Assembly (NCBI RefSeq): GCF_020745735.1
Contig: NC_083438.1
Coordinates: forward strand, 32,486,443-32,550,442
Length of the DNA: 64,000 nt
Reading direction: 5' to 3'
From: Hemiscyllium ocellatum
Lineage: Eukaryota
Part shown: piece after piece, positions 21,637 through 34,904 of the stretch
How positions within the stretch are numbered: position 1 is the stretch's first letter
How the letters are laid out: each line of letters starts with the position of its first letter
Program-made: the position numbers and the translations under genes
The notes under the pieces: model-generated
Databases searched by the model: none
Told to the model about the DNA's origin: nothing
The model's input: only the letters and a program-made list of their open reading frames with translations

Positions 21637-22899
21637 GTAAATCTGTTTCTAAACTACTGCATGTGTTTTCAGCTCTTACATTGGATCATGCTGGATAGAC
21701 AGGGAGGAACATTGGAAAGTTTGAAATGCTGTGTGATATTTTACCAAAGAATGAATCTGAGTGAGTGGAGTGGGTCACTGTAACCTGGAACTGGTCCTTA
21801 AACTCCCTGGAATTGTTCTTTCTGTTTCTGAGACTCCCCTCAGATATAGAACTGAGAATCCCTGCTTCCATTAGCATTAGTTTTTCTGGAATTCTGTGTG
21901 GAGAGTCTCTGTTCCGTGTGAACAAGACCCTCCTGTTGGGAAGACTGGGATTGGGAGTGAAGACAGTGGAGAGTAATATTCATCCTGGTGTAACCTGGTC
22001 TTTCACCTAGTCCAGGGGAGAAAGGGAATTTTCTCAGTTTGAGGTTTACTTGGTTCCACGTGGCTCTACTGTTTCCAGTTTTTAGAGTGTTGAGTACACT
22101 GTAAGGAAGTTGTCATTATAAATACTACAAATCTGAGCTTTACACTTTCCACGGAAAGGAAAGCAGAGTTATAGATCAGAGCTTCTTCAAAATCTGGTAT
22201 TGGTGCTTTAGATTCAAGTCAGTTTATTCAATAGAAACCTGGAAATAGAAAATTATTCCCAATAAAAGTGACCATGAAGCTGTTGGCTTGTTGTAAAACC
22301 CTAACTAATTCCCTCATGTCCCTTTAGGGAAGGAAACCTGCCGTCCTTACCCGGCCTGGTCTCTGTGACTCCAGTCCCACATTAACCTGGGGAAAGTTTA
22401 ACTGCCCTGTTTAATTGTCTGAGCACATCAGTCAGTTTGTACCAAACCCCTAGACAGGAAAATCCACAATATAACTGAATGGGCTCCTGGGCCTGGCCAA
22501 ACTGGCCATAAACAGGTCGAGGCAGTGGAGGGGACCGTCTGCCCCTCTTCCGTGGTTATGTTAGAGTCCGGGTGTCTCTGGAGAAGGAGCACACGGTGTC
22601 CGCCAACACCCTTGAGGCACCACAGGGAATGGGGTGTGATTTCCCTGTCCAACTCTATTTTGAGTTAATCCCTGCCCTCCCCTTCACTGTTTGATCACAC
22701 AGCATTGCCCTTTGATGTGAAGGGCACTGCTTGTCACTGGCCACTTGGGTGTTTCCTTTCTTCCTGGTGGTGGAAACTGAATAAAGATTTGTGCACCTTG
22801 TGTGTCTCACTGTGTCTCACACCTGCACACACACACCATGGGTGCTGGGGAAAAATAAGCACTACCGCAGTTAAGCAGTACTGTGGGAATAAAAATTAA

Positions 22900-23170
22900 A
22901 AAAACAAATTTTTTAAAAACTGTGAGCCGGGCATCTAATCAGGACACAGTAAGGACATCCAGCCCAGCTGACCCTGCAAAGTCTCCCTCACTAACATCTG
23001 GGGACTGGGGTCCAACTTGGGAGACTGTCAGTGTGATTATGTCCCACAGAAATAACACAACATCCCAGACTCCCCTATCACCATCCCTGGGTATGTCCTG
23101 TCCCACCAGGGGTGAGGGCACAGTGAGATACAGTCTGGAGGGAGTGACCCTGGATTAAAGGCAGTGCAAT
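22900..23170 (-). mobile_element. Degenerate CR1 endonuclease fragment
   Basis: Minus-strand translation (RDGDRGVWDVVLFL) weakly resembles the APE RDR..GGGVALL segment. Confidence 0.4.
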
Positions 23171-23537
23171 ATAACATTGAACATTGTGTGAAACACTTAC
23201 CTTTCAACGCTGTCAACTTCTCCACAGGAACATCATAAAATTAAAATACTTTCAACAGCTGTTGTATTTAATTGAAGGGAAACTGCTGCTGGCCAGTGTC
23301 CAGTTCTCGCTATTGGAAAGCATGTATCCATCTCATTGTGTGTGCGTGCGTGTGTGCAGCTGTGGGGTGGTCTGGTGTGTGTGTGAATATTGGGATCTAA
23401 CCTCCCATATTCCTCCAGGACTAGAATTACCCAGGGATCTGTTTGTACTGGGGCTGGTTCTGAAGCACTAGGTGCTGAAGGTCTCTGCTGTTAGTTTTGT
23501 GTGTCCCAGTCTGTTAATGGCTTCACTCTGTCTCTAG

Positions 23538-23655
23538 GTCCTGGACTTGCCATTCGAGCAAGAGTTGGATTGGGAATTGGGATTGTTGCTGTGATTGTTG
23601 CTATTGTTGTAGTTGGTGGAATTATGGGTTACATCATCCTAGAGCGACAAAGATG
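23538..23655 (+). CDS. Gene 2 transmembrane exon
   Basis: Acceptor tctgtctctag; VGLGIGIVAVIVAIVVVGGIMGYIIL followed by ERQR; donor TG|gtaag (phase 2). Confidence 0.9.
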
Positions 23656-23749
23656 GTAAGTTCTGGAATTTCCAATTTAACCCTTTGATCTTTGTATAAC
23701 ATTGTGTGAAATGTTGCTGAGCTCTGTCCCTGTCCATTCCCTGAGCTGT

Positions 23750-24760
23750 GAGGATGCTTCAATCCAGCCTGCCATTGAGCAGCATCATCCAGTCACTTCC
23801 AGCTCGTCATCCTCTTGCTGCTGAACAGTCCCTGTGGATTGGAAAGGAGCAAATATTATCCCACTGGAGAACCAGAGGATGGGACATATATTGGGAATAT
23901 CAGGAAGTATTTGAGAAGGTGCCACACAATAGGTTGTTGTACAAGATGAGGGCCCAGGGGATAGGGGGGGTGATATAGCATGGATTGAGGATTGGTTAAT
24001 GGGCAGGAACAGAGCAGGAACAAATGGGTCATTGTCAGTTGTCAGGATGTAACTGGTGCTGCAAGGATCAGTGCTGGGACCTCAGTGACTCACAATCTAT
24101 ATCAGTGACTGAGATGGGGGGATAGAGTGGGATTGTCCCAGTTTGCTGCTGATACAAAGCTCAGTGGGAAAGTAAGCTGTGAGGAGGATACAGAGGCTGC
24201 AAACAGGGGTACGCTGGAGAAACATTTGGGACAATAATAACGTGGGAAGTGTGAAGTATCCACTTTGGAAAAATTGGTGTTTTTAATGTGAAAGGCCAGT
24301 GAATGTAAATCAGGAATTTGTAGCTAAATCTCCAACTTAACATGTATGAAATGAGGGAGGGAGATGGGATGGTGGCCTTGATTGCAAGTGGGTCAGAGGA
24401 AGGAGATGTTACTGCAGTTTCAAGAAGATAGGGGTAAGACCCAACCTGGAGGGCTATGTACTGTCTGTTTCCTCCATTACACAGAATCCTGGGATCAATG
24501 GATCTGTACTCACTGGAGTTCAGAAGGAGAAGTGATTTTCTTGAAACAGAACATTCTGAGGGGTCTTCTTAAGACAGAGATGGAGAGGAATTTATTTTCT
24601 CAGAGGAAGTGATTCTGTGGAATTCTGTACCACAGGACTGGAGGCTGGATCATTCAGTATATTTTGAGGCTGAGACTGAAGGGCTACACGAGAAACACAG
24701 GGGTTGATCATTTTCAGATCAGCCACAGACTAATTGATCGATTTGGCCGAATGGCCTACG
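23750..24760 (+). mobile_element. Degenerate CR1 RT fragments
   Basis: FEKVPHNRLL, gatcagtgctggg and tttgctgctgatacaaag (FADDTK-like) remnants. Confidence 0.7.
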
Positions 24761-25520
24761 TCTGCTGCTCCGTCTCGTGGACTGGGGAGGTTCTGGTGTC
24801 TCCCGCTGCCCAGGTTGAAATTTTCCCCATGTGGGTGTGGATGCTCCATTGTTAAATCTGTTTCACACTGAGATGGACAGATTTGAACATTCCCATCCTT
24901 CTTCCAATCCCTCCATATCCTCAGCCCTCCCTATGTGTAACCACCTTCAGCTGTACAGCCCTCCAATCTCTGTGCTCCTGTATCCCTGGTATTTTCATTG
25001 CTGCCCCATTGGTGGCTGCGCCTTCAGCTGCCTGGCTCGGAAACTTGTAATTCCTCACCTAAACCTTTGTCAGTGTTTCTCCTCCCTCTGTGTCCCTCTG
25101 CCTCTCCTCACTTTCCTTGTGTCTGTTCCATCAATCCATCCAGGATTCACATAGAGAAGTCCATCTTAGATTGCCTTGTTTCCCTCCATATCCACATCTC
25201 TATGCTCCCTGCTTTTCCTCACCGTGGGAGGAGGAACTATTGCAGGGTTCTCTCTCTCTCTCCTCTGGCCCTCCCTCTGTCAGTTAGCACAGCTCCTGTA
25301 GAGTGTCCAGCTCTTGCCCATTGCCTATAAGCGTCCTCTCCTCTACACTCTGTGCTCCATCACCGTGCAGCTCCTGAGACCCATTTTCCAGCTGCCATTT
25401 GGTCCCCAGGATGTTGAGGGTGATTTAATGTGTCTGTGCTCCTGAACAGCTCCTTTTACACATGCGTCCAAAGTGTTGGATTCTTCTAACCTGTACTCTG
25501 CTGGTTTCTCTCTCCCCTAG

Positions 25521-25602
25521 GAATTGTGACCAAAAACAGTGCACCAGCAATCACAAATCAAGAATAGATCCTCTGACTGACAGGGGTTACCGTTTTGGGT
25601 GA
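25521..25602 (+). CDS. Gene 2 cytoplasmic/terminal exon (WNCDQKQCTSNHKSRIDPLTDRGYRFG*)
   Basis: Acceptor tttctctctcccctag, phase 2 match to the TM exon, TGA at 25600-25602; the spliced CDS totals 675 nt (224 aa). Confidence 0.65.
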
Positions 25603-26395
25603 AGCACGGAGCCTTGTACCAGCAGCACCTGAGCATCAGGATGGAGCGGCTGGAGAACAAAACCTTCTGGGGAACGGGGCTGCCCAGCACTGACTGAGTT
25701 TCCACCGCACTGAGCCTGGCTCAGGGAGTGGCAGGGGCAGTCAGCCCAGTACTGTGGCAAATGACTAGGAACATCAGTTAGTTCCTGATGACATTATTAA
25801 CTTGTTCTCAGTGTGGGTGATACTGCCAGGGCCCCATTTATTGTCCATGTGGCCTTGACCCACTGCAGTCCTTGTAGTGATGGTGCCCCCACACTGGGGA
25901 ACATGGGAAGAGGCTTCAGAAACTCCCCCTGCAGCAGCACCTACTGGGCAAAGCCAGGAACTGCATTACTGCCAGCAATTGTTTCATATCCAAGATTCAG
26001 ATTCCAGCTGGTTTATGGATTGAAATTGCATCGGACAAATGTATACCCTGTGTACAGATTATTCATACAGAAATTATCTGTGTACAATTCAATCATTGCA
26101 TGTTGTGAATCTTTCATGTACAGTTCCTTTTTCTGTGTACTGTGCCAGAGTGTGATTCAAGGGAACCTGGTATTGATGTGTGTATATAGAATTCTGTAAA
26201 TATTTTATATTGATACACATGTATTTCTGTTCTGGTTATTTGTATTTATACTGTACAGAGGTGTCATCCATGTTTAAATATGTGATTTTTCTATATAATT
26301 GCATTTGTTGTAAAAACATTAATTATGGATATATCTGTATTTCTACCCTGATATTTGTAACTTTTTTCTACCTGTAGTTTTTGCTCCAAGCTGTG

Positions 26396-26401
26396 ATTAA
26401 A
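26396..26401 (+). terminator. Candidate polyadenylation signal ATTAAA for gene 2
   Basis: Lies at the end of an AU-rich putative 3'UTR (~26150-26400). Confidence 0.4.
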
Positions 26402-26679
26402 GAGAAGCTGATGCTGAGATTGGTGCGTCTACAGTCTGACGTTTATTGACTCTGTTGGTCACTACATGAACAAAGGGGCTGTCAGGCAGTAAGTCCCTGA
26501 CTATGAATTGGAGTGAATGGAATTGGCTAAAGACTGGGATCAGTGATTGTGGGAATCTCAGGAGGAGGCTGGGTTTGAACATCCAGTTGGTGTTCCTGGT
26601 GACTGGGAGTGTAGGTGTTTGCAGAGGAGGAGAGAATGTGAGAGTTTGTTATCCCAAATATAATTTTTGTCACATTTGT

Positions 26680-26970
26680 CTAGGACATAGGTTTAGGGTG
26701 AGGGGGGGAAAGATATAAAAGAGACCTAAGGAGTGACTTTTTCATGCAGAGGGTGGTATGTGTATGGAATGAGCTGCCAGAGGATGTGGTGGAGGCTGGT
26801 ACAATTGCAACATTTAAAAGTCATTTGGATGGGTTTATGAATAGGAAGGGTTTGGAGGGATATGGGCCGGGTGCTGGCAGGTGGGACTAGATTGGGTTGG
26901 GATATCTGGTCAGCATGGACTGGTTGGACCGAAGGGTCTGTTTCTGTGCTGTACATCTCTGATTCTATAA
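26680..26970 (+). mobile_element. CR1 LINE 3' end
   Basis: ggacataggtttagggtgag...ggaccgaagggtctgtttctgtgctgtacatctctgattctataac. Confidence 0.85.
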
Positions 26971-27484
26971 CGTTACATCCCAAACTACATTCCCTGTCAC
27001 TGCCAGGTTCCCTCCAGTCTCCGTCACCATCTCTTTCTGTCTGTCTGGCTGCCCTACATCTCCTTTCACTCACTCACTTGCTCCAAACCAAAGGTATGAG
27101 CTATGAGCACGCACAAGGGAATTGGCTTCCACTGATTTTTTTTTGTCCAATAGGTGGCCCTTCCCTTGGTTCAGTTCTGCTCTAACTCCCCTACCTCACC
27201 TCTTCCTCTGGGAAATTTAACAGCTGAATTAGTGTCATTTTCTGATTTCATTGTAGTTTTAGGAAGACTCTAGTTCAGAACACCTGAATTCATTGTAGTA
27301 TTTCATTGGCTATAAATCACTCTGGGACACTGGCCACAAATGGTGCTGTAGAAATGTAAATCTTTGTTGTTGAAATTATTCCAAGGTTTTAGGGGAATTG
27401 CTATCTTGTGTACACTTGTTTGTCGGTGTCTATTAGTCAGTGGAGGTGGAGGATGTCACTATCTGCTGTCCACACTCTTCACAC

Positions 27485-27810
27485 TTTTTTATATTTCAAA
27501 AATATACATAATAAATATCTTTAAATATATGCATAGTCATAAACAGTTCAGTTCTGTACAGTAACATATCAAGGAAACAAACAAACTTTGGAGTTTGACT
27601 CTATCCAAACAAGTCATAGACATGTCTTACACATATAAGAACTCTAGTTACATGCATTTGAGGCACTAGGAGGGTCTGATAACTGAACGGATCACTATTT
27701 GCCTTCAGCAGGAAGACCTCAGACGGTGGTCTTTCCCCACTGTGCCTTGGTGGCAGCTTCCCCAAGTTTTGGTGTGTCCTGTAGCACATAGTCCTGGACC
27801 TTGGAATTCT
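27485..27810 (-). mobile_element. Tx1/L1-clade LINE 3' end
   Basis: Minus-strand frame NSKVQDYVLQDTPKLGEAATKAQWGKTTV* followed by an AT-rich UTR and an A-rich tail. Confidence 0.7.
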
Positions 27811-28359
27811 AGCTCGACCCCAATCAGATCCACCAACTCGTCTGTAATCGATGTGTATGTCTGCGACACCCCAACTTGTGCAGCAGACAGAGGGAGAGAA
27901 ACATGCAGAATTAATTCATCATGCTTCACCATGACCGAACACTTACACTGATGGTAATGTGCAGGAGCAGAATTCGGCCATTCAGCCCATCTAGGCTGCT
28001 CGGCCATTCCTTCATGGCTGACCTGTTTCGAGACACCACGCTAAGAGGGACTGAAATGTCTCATTTGGTGCTGTACATTTTGACAGGTCTGCAGCGTGGA
28101 AACAGGCCCTTTGACCCATTGAGTAGTAACCACCTTACTACTCTCCAAACCCCAACCCAGCCTTGGCACCACGAATGCCCATTGAAATCTTTCTCCAATG
28201 TGATGAGGGTTTTGGCCACTCCCACACTTACAGGCAGTGAGTTCAAGGCCCTCTGGGTGAAAACGTTATCCCTCACATCCCCCTCGAAACCTCTTGCCCC
28301 CTTCCTTCAATCTTTCACCCACCTCGGTCATTGATTCCCTGCATCAAAGAGGAAACCCC

Positions 28360-29800
28360 ATAGAAATTCATAGAATGTCTACAGTGTAGAAACAGGCCCT
28401 CCAGCCCAACAAGTCCTCTGAAGAGTCACCCACCCAGGACCATTCCCCTACACTATATTTACCCCTGACTAATGCACCTAACCTACACATCCCTGGACAC
28501 TATGGAACAATTTAGCATGGCCAATCCACCCTAACCTACACTTCCCTGAACACTATGGAACAATTTAGCATGGCCAATCCACCCTAACCTACTCATCCCT
28601 GAACACTATGGAACAATTTAGCATGGCCAATCCACCCTAACCTACACATCCCTGAACACTATGGAACAATTTAGCATGGCCAATCCACCCTAACCTACAC
28701 ATCCCTGGACACTATGGAACAATTTAGCATGGCCAATCCACCCTAACCTACACATCCCTGAACACTATGGAACAATTTAGCATGGCCAATCCACCCTAAC
28801 CTGCACATCCCTGAACACTATGGGACAATTTAGCATGGCCAATCCACCCTAACCTGCACATCCCTGGACACTATGGAACAATTTAGCATGGCCAATCCAC
28901 CCTAACCTACACATCCCTGAACACTATGGAACAATTTAGCATGGCCAATCCACCCTAACCTACTCATCCCTGAACACTATGGAACAATTTAGCATGGCCA
29001 ATCCACCCTAACCTACACATCCCTGGACACTATGGAACAATTTAGCATGGCCAATCCACCCTAACCTACTCATCCCTGAACACTATGGAACAATTTAGCA
29101 TGGCCAATCCACCCTAACCTACACATCCCTGGACACTATGGAACAATTTAGCATGGCCAATCCACCCTAACCTACACATCCCTGAACACTATGGAACAAT
29201 TTAGCATGGCCAATCCACCCTAACCTACACATCCCTGGACACTATGGAACAATTTAGCATAGCCAATCCGCCCTAACCTACATATCCCTGAACACTATGG
29301 AACAATTTAGCATGGCCAATCCGCCCTAACCTACACATCCCTGGACACTATGGAACAATTTAGCATGGCCAATCCACCCTAACCTACACATCCCTGAACA
29401 CTATGGAACAATTTAGCATGGCCAATCCACCCTAACCTACACATCCCTGAACACTATGGAACAATTTAGCATGGCCAATCCACCCTAACCTGCACATCCC
29501 TGAACACTATGGGACAATTTAGCATGGCCAATCCACCCTAACCTACACATCCCTGGACACTATGGAACAATTTAGCATGGCCAATCCACCCTAACCTGCA
29601 CATCCCTGAACACTCTGGGACAATTTAGCATGGCCAATCCACCCTAACCTGCACAGCTTTGGACTGTGGGAGGAAACTGGAGCACCCGGAGGAAACCCAC
29701 ACAGACACGGGGAGAAGGTGCAAACTCCACACAGTCAGTCGCCCGAGGCTGGAATCGAACCCGGGTCCCTGATGTGGTGAGGCAGCAGTGCTAACCACTG
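28360..29800 (-). mobile_element. SINE carrying an internal 53-bp minisatellite expansion
   Basis: SINE tail at ~28360 and head at ~29800 flank the array. Confidence 0.85.
28480..29655. repeat. 53-bp minisatellite, ~22 copies
   Basis: Unit ctgaacactatggaacaatttagcatggccaatccaccctaacctacacatcc; tatgg at 28501, 28554 and so on to 29614. Confidence 0.95.
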
Positions 29801-30034
29801 ATCCACGTTCCTTCTCATCTACCCTATCTGTGCCTCCCTCATTATTTTATACATCTCAGTCATGACCCTCCCCAACCAACCCCTCTCTCTGAATCTCCCC
29901 TGCTTGAAGAAAAACAACCCCAGTCTGTCTCATCACTTTCCATCACTGAAACTCCCCAGCCCCCTCACAAGGCAACATCCTGGTAAATCTCCCTCTGCAC
30001 CCTCTCCCAATGCTGTCACCTCCCTCCTGGTTAA

Positions 30035-30215
30035 ACATCACACAACACCAGATATTAGACCAAAAGGTTTATTTGGAAGTACAAGCATTTGGAGAGCTGC
30101 TCCTTTGTCAGGTAGCTGGTGAAGCAGTTGCTGATGAAGGAGCAGCGCTCCGACAGCTTGTGCTTCCAAATGAACCTGTTGCACTATAATCCAGTCTCGT
30201 GTGATTTGTAACTTT
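30035..30215. mobile_element. Palindromic Penelope-type repeat of a second family with a decayed hammerhead
   Basis: Inverted arms; CTGATGA-A-GGAGC-AGC-GCTCC-GACA-GCTT at 30131, with GAAA mutated to GACA. Confidence 0.55.
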
Positions 30216-30249
30216 GAGAACCCCAGTCCAACACCACTTCCTGACCTCC

Positions 30250-33200
30250 CTCCTAGAATGCGGATTCCACACAATACTCTTGCTTTGTGGCCTCACTGAC
30301 ATGTTCTGCAGTTCACATCACCTCCCTGCTCTTAAACTCTCAGCTAATAAAGGCAAATGTCCCCCACAAGCATTCTTAACTATTTTATCCACCTGTTCCC
30401 AAGTCCTTCAGGGTCCAGTGGACAACAAGACCCCATTGATCCTCAGAGCTTCCCAGGCTCCGACTGTGCATCATGGCTTCCCTTGCCCAATTTAGCCTGC
30501 CCAAGAGCATAACTTCACCCTTATCTATATCCACCTGCCCCCTGATTGGCCCACTCTGACCAGCCCTGTCTATACCCTCCTTGGCACAAGGCTATCTTCC
30601 TCACTTCATGCCACCCCACCAATTTCCACATCGTAACTGATTGAGCGACCCTCCCACATTCCAGTCCAAATCCTTTGTATAAGCCACAAACAGCATCGTT
30701 CCCCCAACACTGAGCCCTGTGGGATCCCACTCATTATGGAATTCCAGTCAGAAAATCACCCCCTGGACCACTACCTTCTGCTTAATCATACAGTCACACA
30801 GCTTGGGAACAGACCCAGTCCACGCTGGGCATGTTCCCAAACTCAACTAGTCCCACCTGCCTGCTTGCTCCTGGCTCATATCCCTCCAAATCTTTCCTAT
30901 TCACGTCTTCTAAACATTATACGTGGACCCACATCTACCACTTCCTCAGGAAGTTTGTTCCACATATCAACCACTCTCTGTGTGAAAGAAGTTGCCTCTC
31001 AGGTCCCTTTTAAATCTTTCTCCTCTGACCATAAAAATGCGCACCCTAGTCCAGAAATCCCCCGTCCTAGGGAAAAGACACCTGACCTTTGCCTGAGCTA
31101 CACCCCTCATGGTTTAATTAACCTTGATAAGGTCACCCTTCAACTTTGGTGAAAAGAGTCACCTTATAACACAAACCTCCATCCCCAGCAACATCTTGGT
31201 AAATCTCTTTTGAACCCTCTCCAACTTAATAATATCTTTCTTATAACAGGATGACCAGAACCACACGCAATGTTCCAGAGGAGGCCTCACCAACGTTCTG
31301 TCCAATCTCAACATGAGCTCCAAATTCCTGAGCAATGGAGGCAAATGTGCTAAACACTTTCTTAACCATCTTGTGGTGCAAACTTCAAAGAATTATGTGC
31401 CTGATCCCCTAGCTTTCTGTGTCCTTCAATATCAGGCAAGAACGTAACTGTAACTGTGTAAGTCCTGCCCTTGTGTCTTTTACTAAAATGCAATACTTAA
31501 CATTTCTCCAAATTAATCTCCACCTGCCACTCCTCAGGCCATGATCTTAGGTCATCATCTTCACTGTCCACAATTGGTGTCACCTTCAAACTTACTAATC
31601 GTGCCTCTGTGTGGGGACGAAAAGAAACAGGGAAGGCTTGATCTCAGAAATGTTGGAGATTTTGAGAGGGTTATTCCCTCAGACCAGAAAGAGATTGGAT
31701 TGAACCGAAGAGCGCAAAAGGTTGAGATATTTCGCTGATTTAATTCGGAACTGTGTGAAGCGTATTCAAGTGAATGGTCGATATTGGATTCTGCAAAGAC
31801 TGAAGGCAGAGAAATAAGGCATGGTTGTATAAAGGGGTTTTTTTTCATAATATTTTGCCAGGAATGTGCAATAACTGGTTTTCTAAATATAGAGGAGAGA
31901 GATTGACAATGATGCAAGAATATTGTCAGCGTGCCAATGATACAGACGCTCAGCTGAAAGACTCTGCAGAAGTGACTCTACACTGCCACTTCTTATTTTA
32001 AATTAATCCCCGGTGGTTTTTATTTTTAAATTAATCCCTGGCTCCCCAAAGGCTAATCTTCTTTCAACATGACCGTCATAGACAGCAATAAATTATAAAC
32101 CAGTAAGCTTCAAGTGCCTTGTGCCACAGTGGGAGTATTCCTTGCCTCAATATTGAGGCGTCCTGAGTTCAAACCTCATCTTCTCTAGAGTCATAGAGAT
32201 GTCCAGCACGGAAACAGACCCTTTGGTCCAACTCATCCGTGCTGACCACACATCCTAAATTAATCTAGTCCCATTTGCCAGCACTTGGCCCATATCCCTC
32301 CAAACCCTTCCTATTCATATACCCATCCAGATGTCTTTTAAATGTTGCAACTCTACCAGCCTCCACCACTTCCTCTGGCAGCTCATTCCATACACGCAGC
32401 ACCCTCTGTGTGAAAAATTTAACCCTCAGGTCCCTTTTAAATCTTTCCCCTTTCACCTTACACCTCTAGTTTTGGATCCCGTACTCTAGGGTAAAGACCT
32501 TGTCTATTCACCTTATCCATGATTTTATAAATCTCTATAAGGTCACCTCTTTAGCCTTCAATGCTCCAATGAAATTAGCCCCGATCTATTCAGCCTCGCC
32601 CATAGCTCAAACCCTCCTGCATCCCTGCAAAAGCCCTGCAAATCTTTTCTGAACACTTTCAAGTTTAACAACATCTTCCTAGAACAGGAGACCACAATTT
32701 ACACAATATTCCAAAAGTGGCCTAACTAATGTCCTCTACAGCTGCAACCTGACAGCCCAACTCAATGCACTGACCAATAAAGGCAAGTGTACCAAACACC
32801 TTCTTCCATCCTGTGACTCCACTTTCAAAGAACGACGTCCCTGAACCCCAAGATGCCAACAGTGGAAAGAATGGTCGATAACTCTCAGTGGTTGGCAGGG
32901 TACATCTCTTAAACCTTGCTAGTTATTGTTAATTTGTACAAGAGTATATAGACTTGTCTGTCCATCTGCCCGATCCTACTCCAGTAGCCCCTGTATGTTT
33001 TAGGACACTTTTGAAAGCTATTTTGAGAGGGCTGGAAAACATGAGCAGCAATGTACTGGTGACACTCCGTTAGGTTCTGGTCAGACCGCATTTGGAATAT
33101 TGTGAACTGTTTTGGGCCCTGTATCCAAGGAAGGCCTTTGAGGGGATCCAGGGAGGTTACACTTTGGGAGGAAGAATAGAGGTGTAGACTATTTTCTAAA

Positions 33201-33370
33201 TGAGGAAAGGCTTCAGAAATCGGAGGCACCAAGGGACTTAGATTTCTCTTAAGGTTGACATGCAGGTGCAGTTGGCAGTTGATGCAGTGTTAGCATTCGT
33301 TTCAAGAGGGTTAGAATGGGGTTGAGAAACATGTCAGCCATGATAGAATGATGAAGCCGATGGGCTGAAT
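30250..33370. mobile_element. Cluster of CR1 fragments, mostly minus strand, with a plus-strand piece at ~32900-33370
   Basis: MKGERFKRDLRVKFFTQRVLRVWNELPEEVVEAG (32265-32456, minus) and LELMLRLDRTLVRPPLEHCVWFWSSCYKKDIIKLERVQKRFTKML (31159-31344, minus). Confidence 0.75.
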
Positions 33371-34030
33371 GCCCTATTTCTGCTTCTGTTGTGGCTTTAT
33401 TGTCCTCCAGGATCCACAGTTAAGCTCGAGACCACCACCATAGGCCCCTCTCTCGATGACTAGACCAGAGATGCCACTTTTTAAACCCGGTGACCAGCTC
33501 CTATATCCCTCTGGGGACACATTCAGGGTCATTCACGATCCCCTGACTTGCAGTAGCCTCCATCTGAATTCCGAGAACACTGACTCTGCAAAGCTGCCAG
33601 TACCATCCGGTTCTGCTTCCTGACCATTGGTCTTCATCACTCAACTTCCTCTTCCTACTCACATATGTGCTGAGGCTATTCCAGTTCAGCCGTTGAAGTT
33701 AACCCATGGAATGGCCTTAACGGCTCCTCATTCAGAAAGTCCAGAATGGGCCCCCTTGGCCCATTGAGTCAGTACTCTAAATCTACACCGGTCGCACTTT
33801 CCCACACTCCGCAGCCTCGAATGTTCTGACCCTTCGAGTGATCATCCAAGTACTTTGTAAAGTTTGGGAGGTTTACCCCCGTCAACTCCCCTCCCAGGCA
33901 GTGCATTCTGGACCCCACCACCCTCCGGGCGCAAATCATTACTTCAAATCCCCCTCTAAACCTCCGGCCTCTCCCTGTGATATTACAAGCCCTTCCTCAT
34001 TGATCATTCAACAAAGGGTCTTTCAACATT

Positions 34031-34235
34031 GCTGAAAATGTGTTGCTGGAAAAGCGCAGCAGGTCAGGCAGCATCCAAGGAACAGGAGATTCGATGTTTT
34101 GGGCATAAACCCTTCTTCAGGCTTATGCCCAAAATGTCGAATCTCCTGTTCCTTGGATGCTGCCTGACCTGCTGCGCTTTTCCAGCAACATATTTTCAGC
34201 TCTGATCTCCAGCATCTGCAGTCCTTACTTTCTCC
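34031..34235. mobile_element. Palindromic Penelope-type terminal repeat with a 10-bp target site duplication
   Basis: 81-bp arms (34031-34111 and 34120-34200) with 4 mismatches; tctttcaaca at 34019-34028 and 34236-34245. Confidence 0.8.
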
Positions 34236-34317
34236 TCTTTCAACAATATGTTTGTATAAGGGTGTGAGTGTTTGAATGTGACCATTTGTGTGTGTGTATA
34301 CGTTTATGTGACTTACA

Positions 34318-34612
34318 TAATCACAGAATTCTGACAGTGTGGGAGCAGGCCATTTGGCCTATCAAGTCCATACTGATCCCTCTGCAGAATGGCTCACCCA
34401 AATCCAACCCCCTTACCCCATCTCTGTAGCCCTGTATTTCCCATGGCCAATCCACCCCAACCTGCACATCTTTGGATCGTGGGAGGAAACCGGAGCACCC
34501 GTAGGAAACCCATGCAGCTACAGGGAGAGTGTGCAAATTTCACACAGACAGTCCCCATGGGTGGAATTGAACCTGGGTCCCTGGCACTGTGAGGCAGTAG
34601 TGCTAACCACTT
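34318..34612 (-). mobile_element. HE1/V-SINE-like SINE
   Basis: Reverse SINE consensus, followed by a degenerate (TG)n tract to ~34905. Confidence 0.8.
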
Positions 34613-34904
34613 TGATGCACCTGTGTGTCAGTCTGAGAGAGTGTGTGGGTGAGTTTGTGTCAGTGTGGGTGTATGTGTGGGTGAGTGTGTGTATGGATGA
34701 CTGTATGTGTATGTGTATGGGTGTGCATATGAGTCTATGTGTGGGTGAGAGTGTGTGTGACTGTGTGAGTGTGTAAGTCAGAATGTGTGCCTAAGTGTAT
34801 ATGTGTGTGTATGTGTGTTTCTGAGTGTATGTGTGTGTATGTGTGAATGTTTTTGTGTGTGTGTGTTCGTGTGCGAGTGTGTGTGTTTTTGAGTGTGTGT
34901 GTTA

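Noticed and set aside
22430-22900. LTR-like segment with AATAAA inside gene 2 intron 4
   Set aside because: It looks like an interspersed repeat, but no second copy, TG..CA ends or target duplication are visible here to classify it.
28480-29655. CRISPR-like appearance of regular repeats (also at 6127-6615 and 8420-10147)
   Set aside because: Head-to-tail units without unique spacers, eukaryotic context, and no cas genes.
31561-31917. 118-aa minus-strand ORF in apparently unique sequence
   Set aside because: No recognisable motif, no convincing splice sites, and one end runs into a CR1 fragment.
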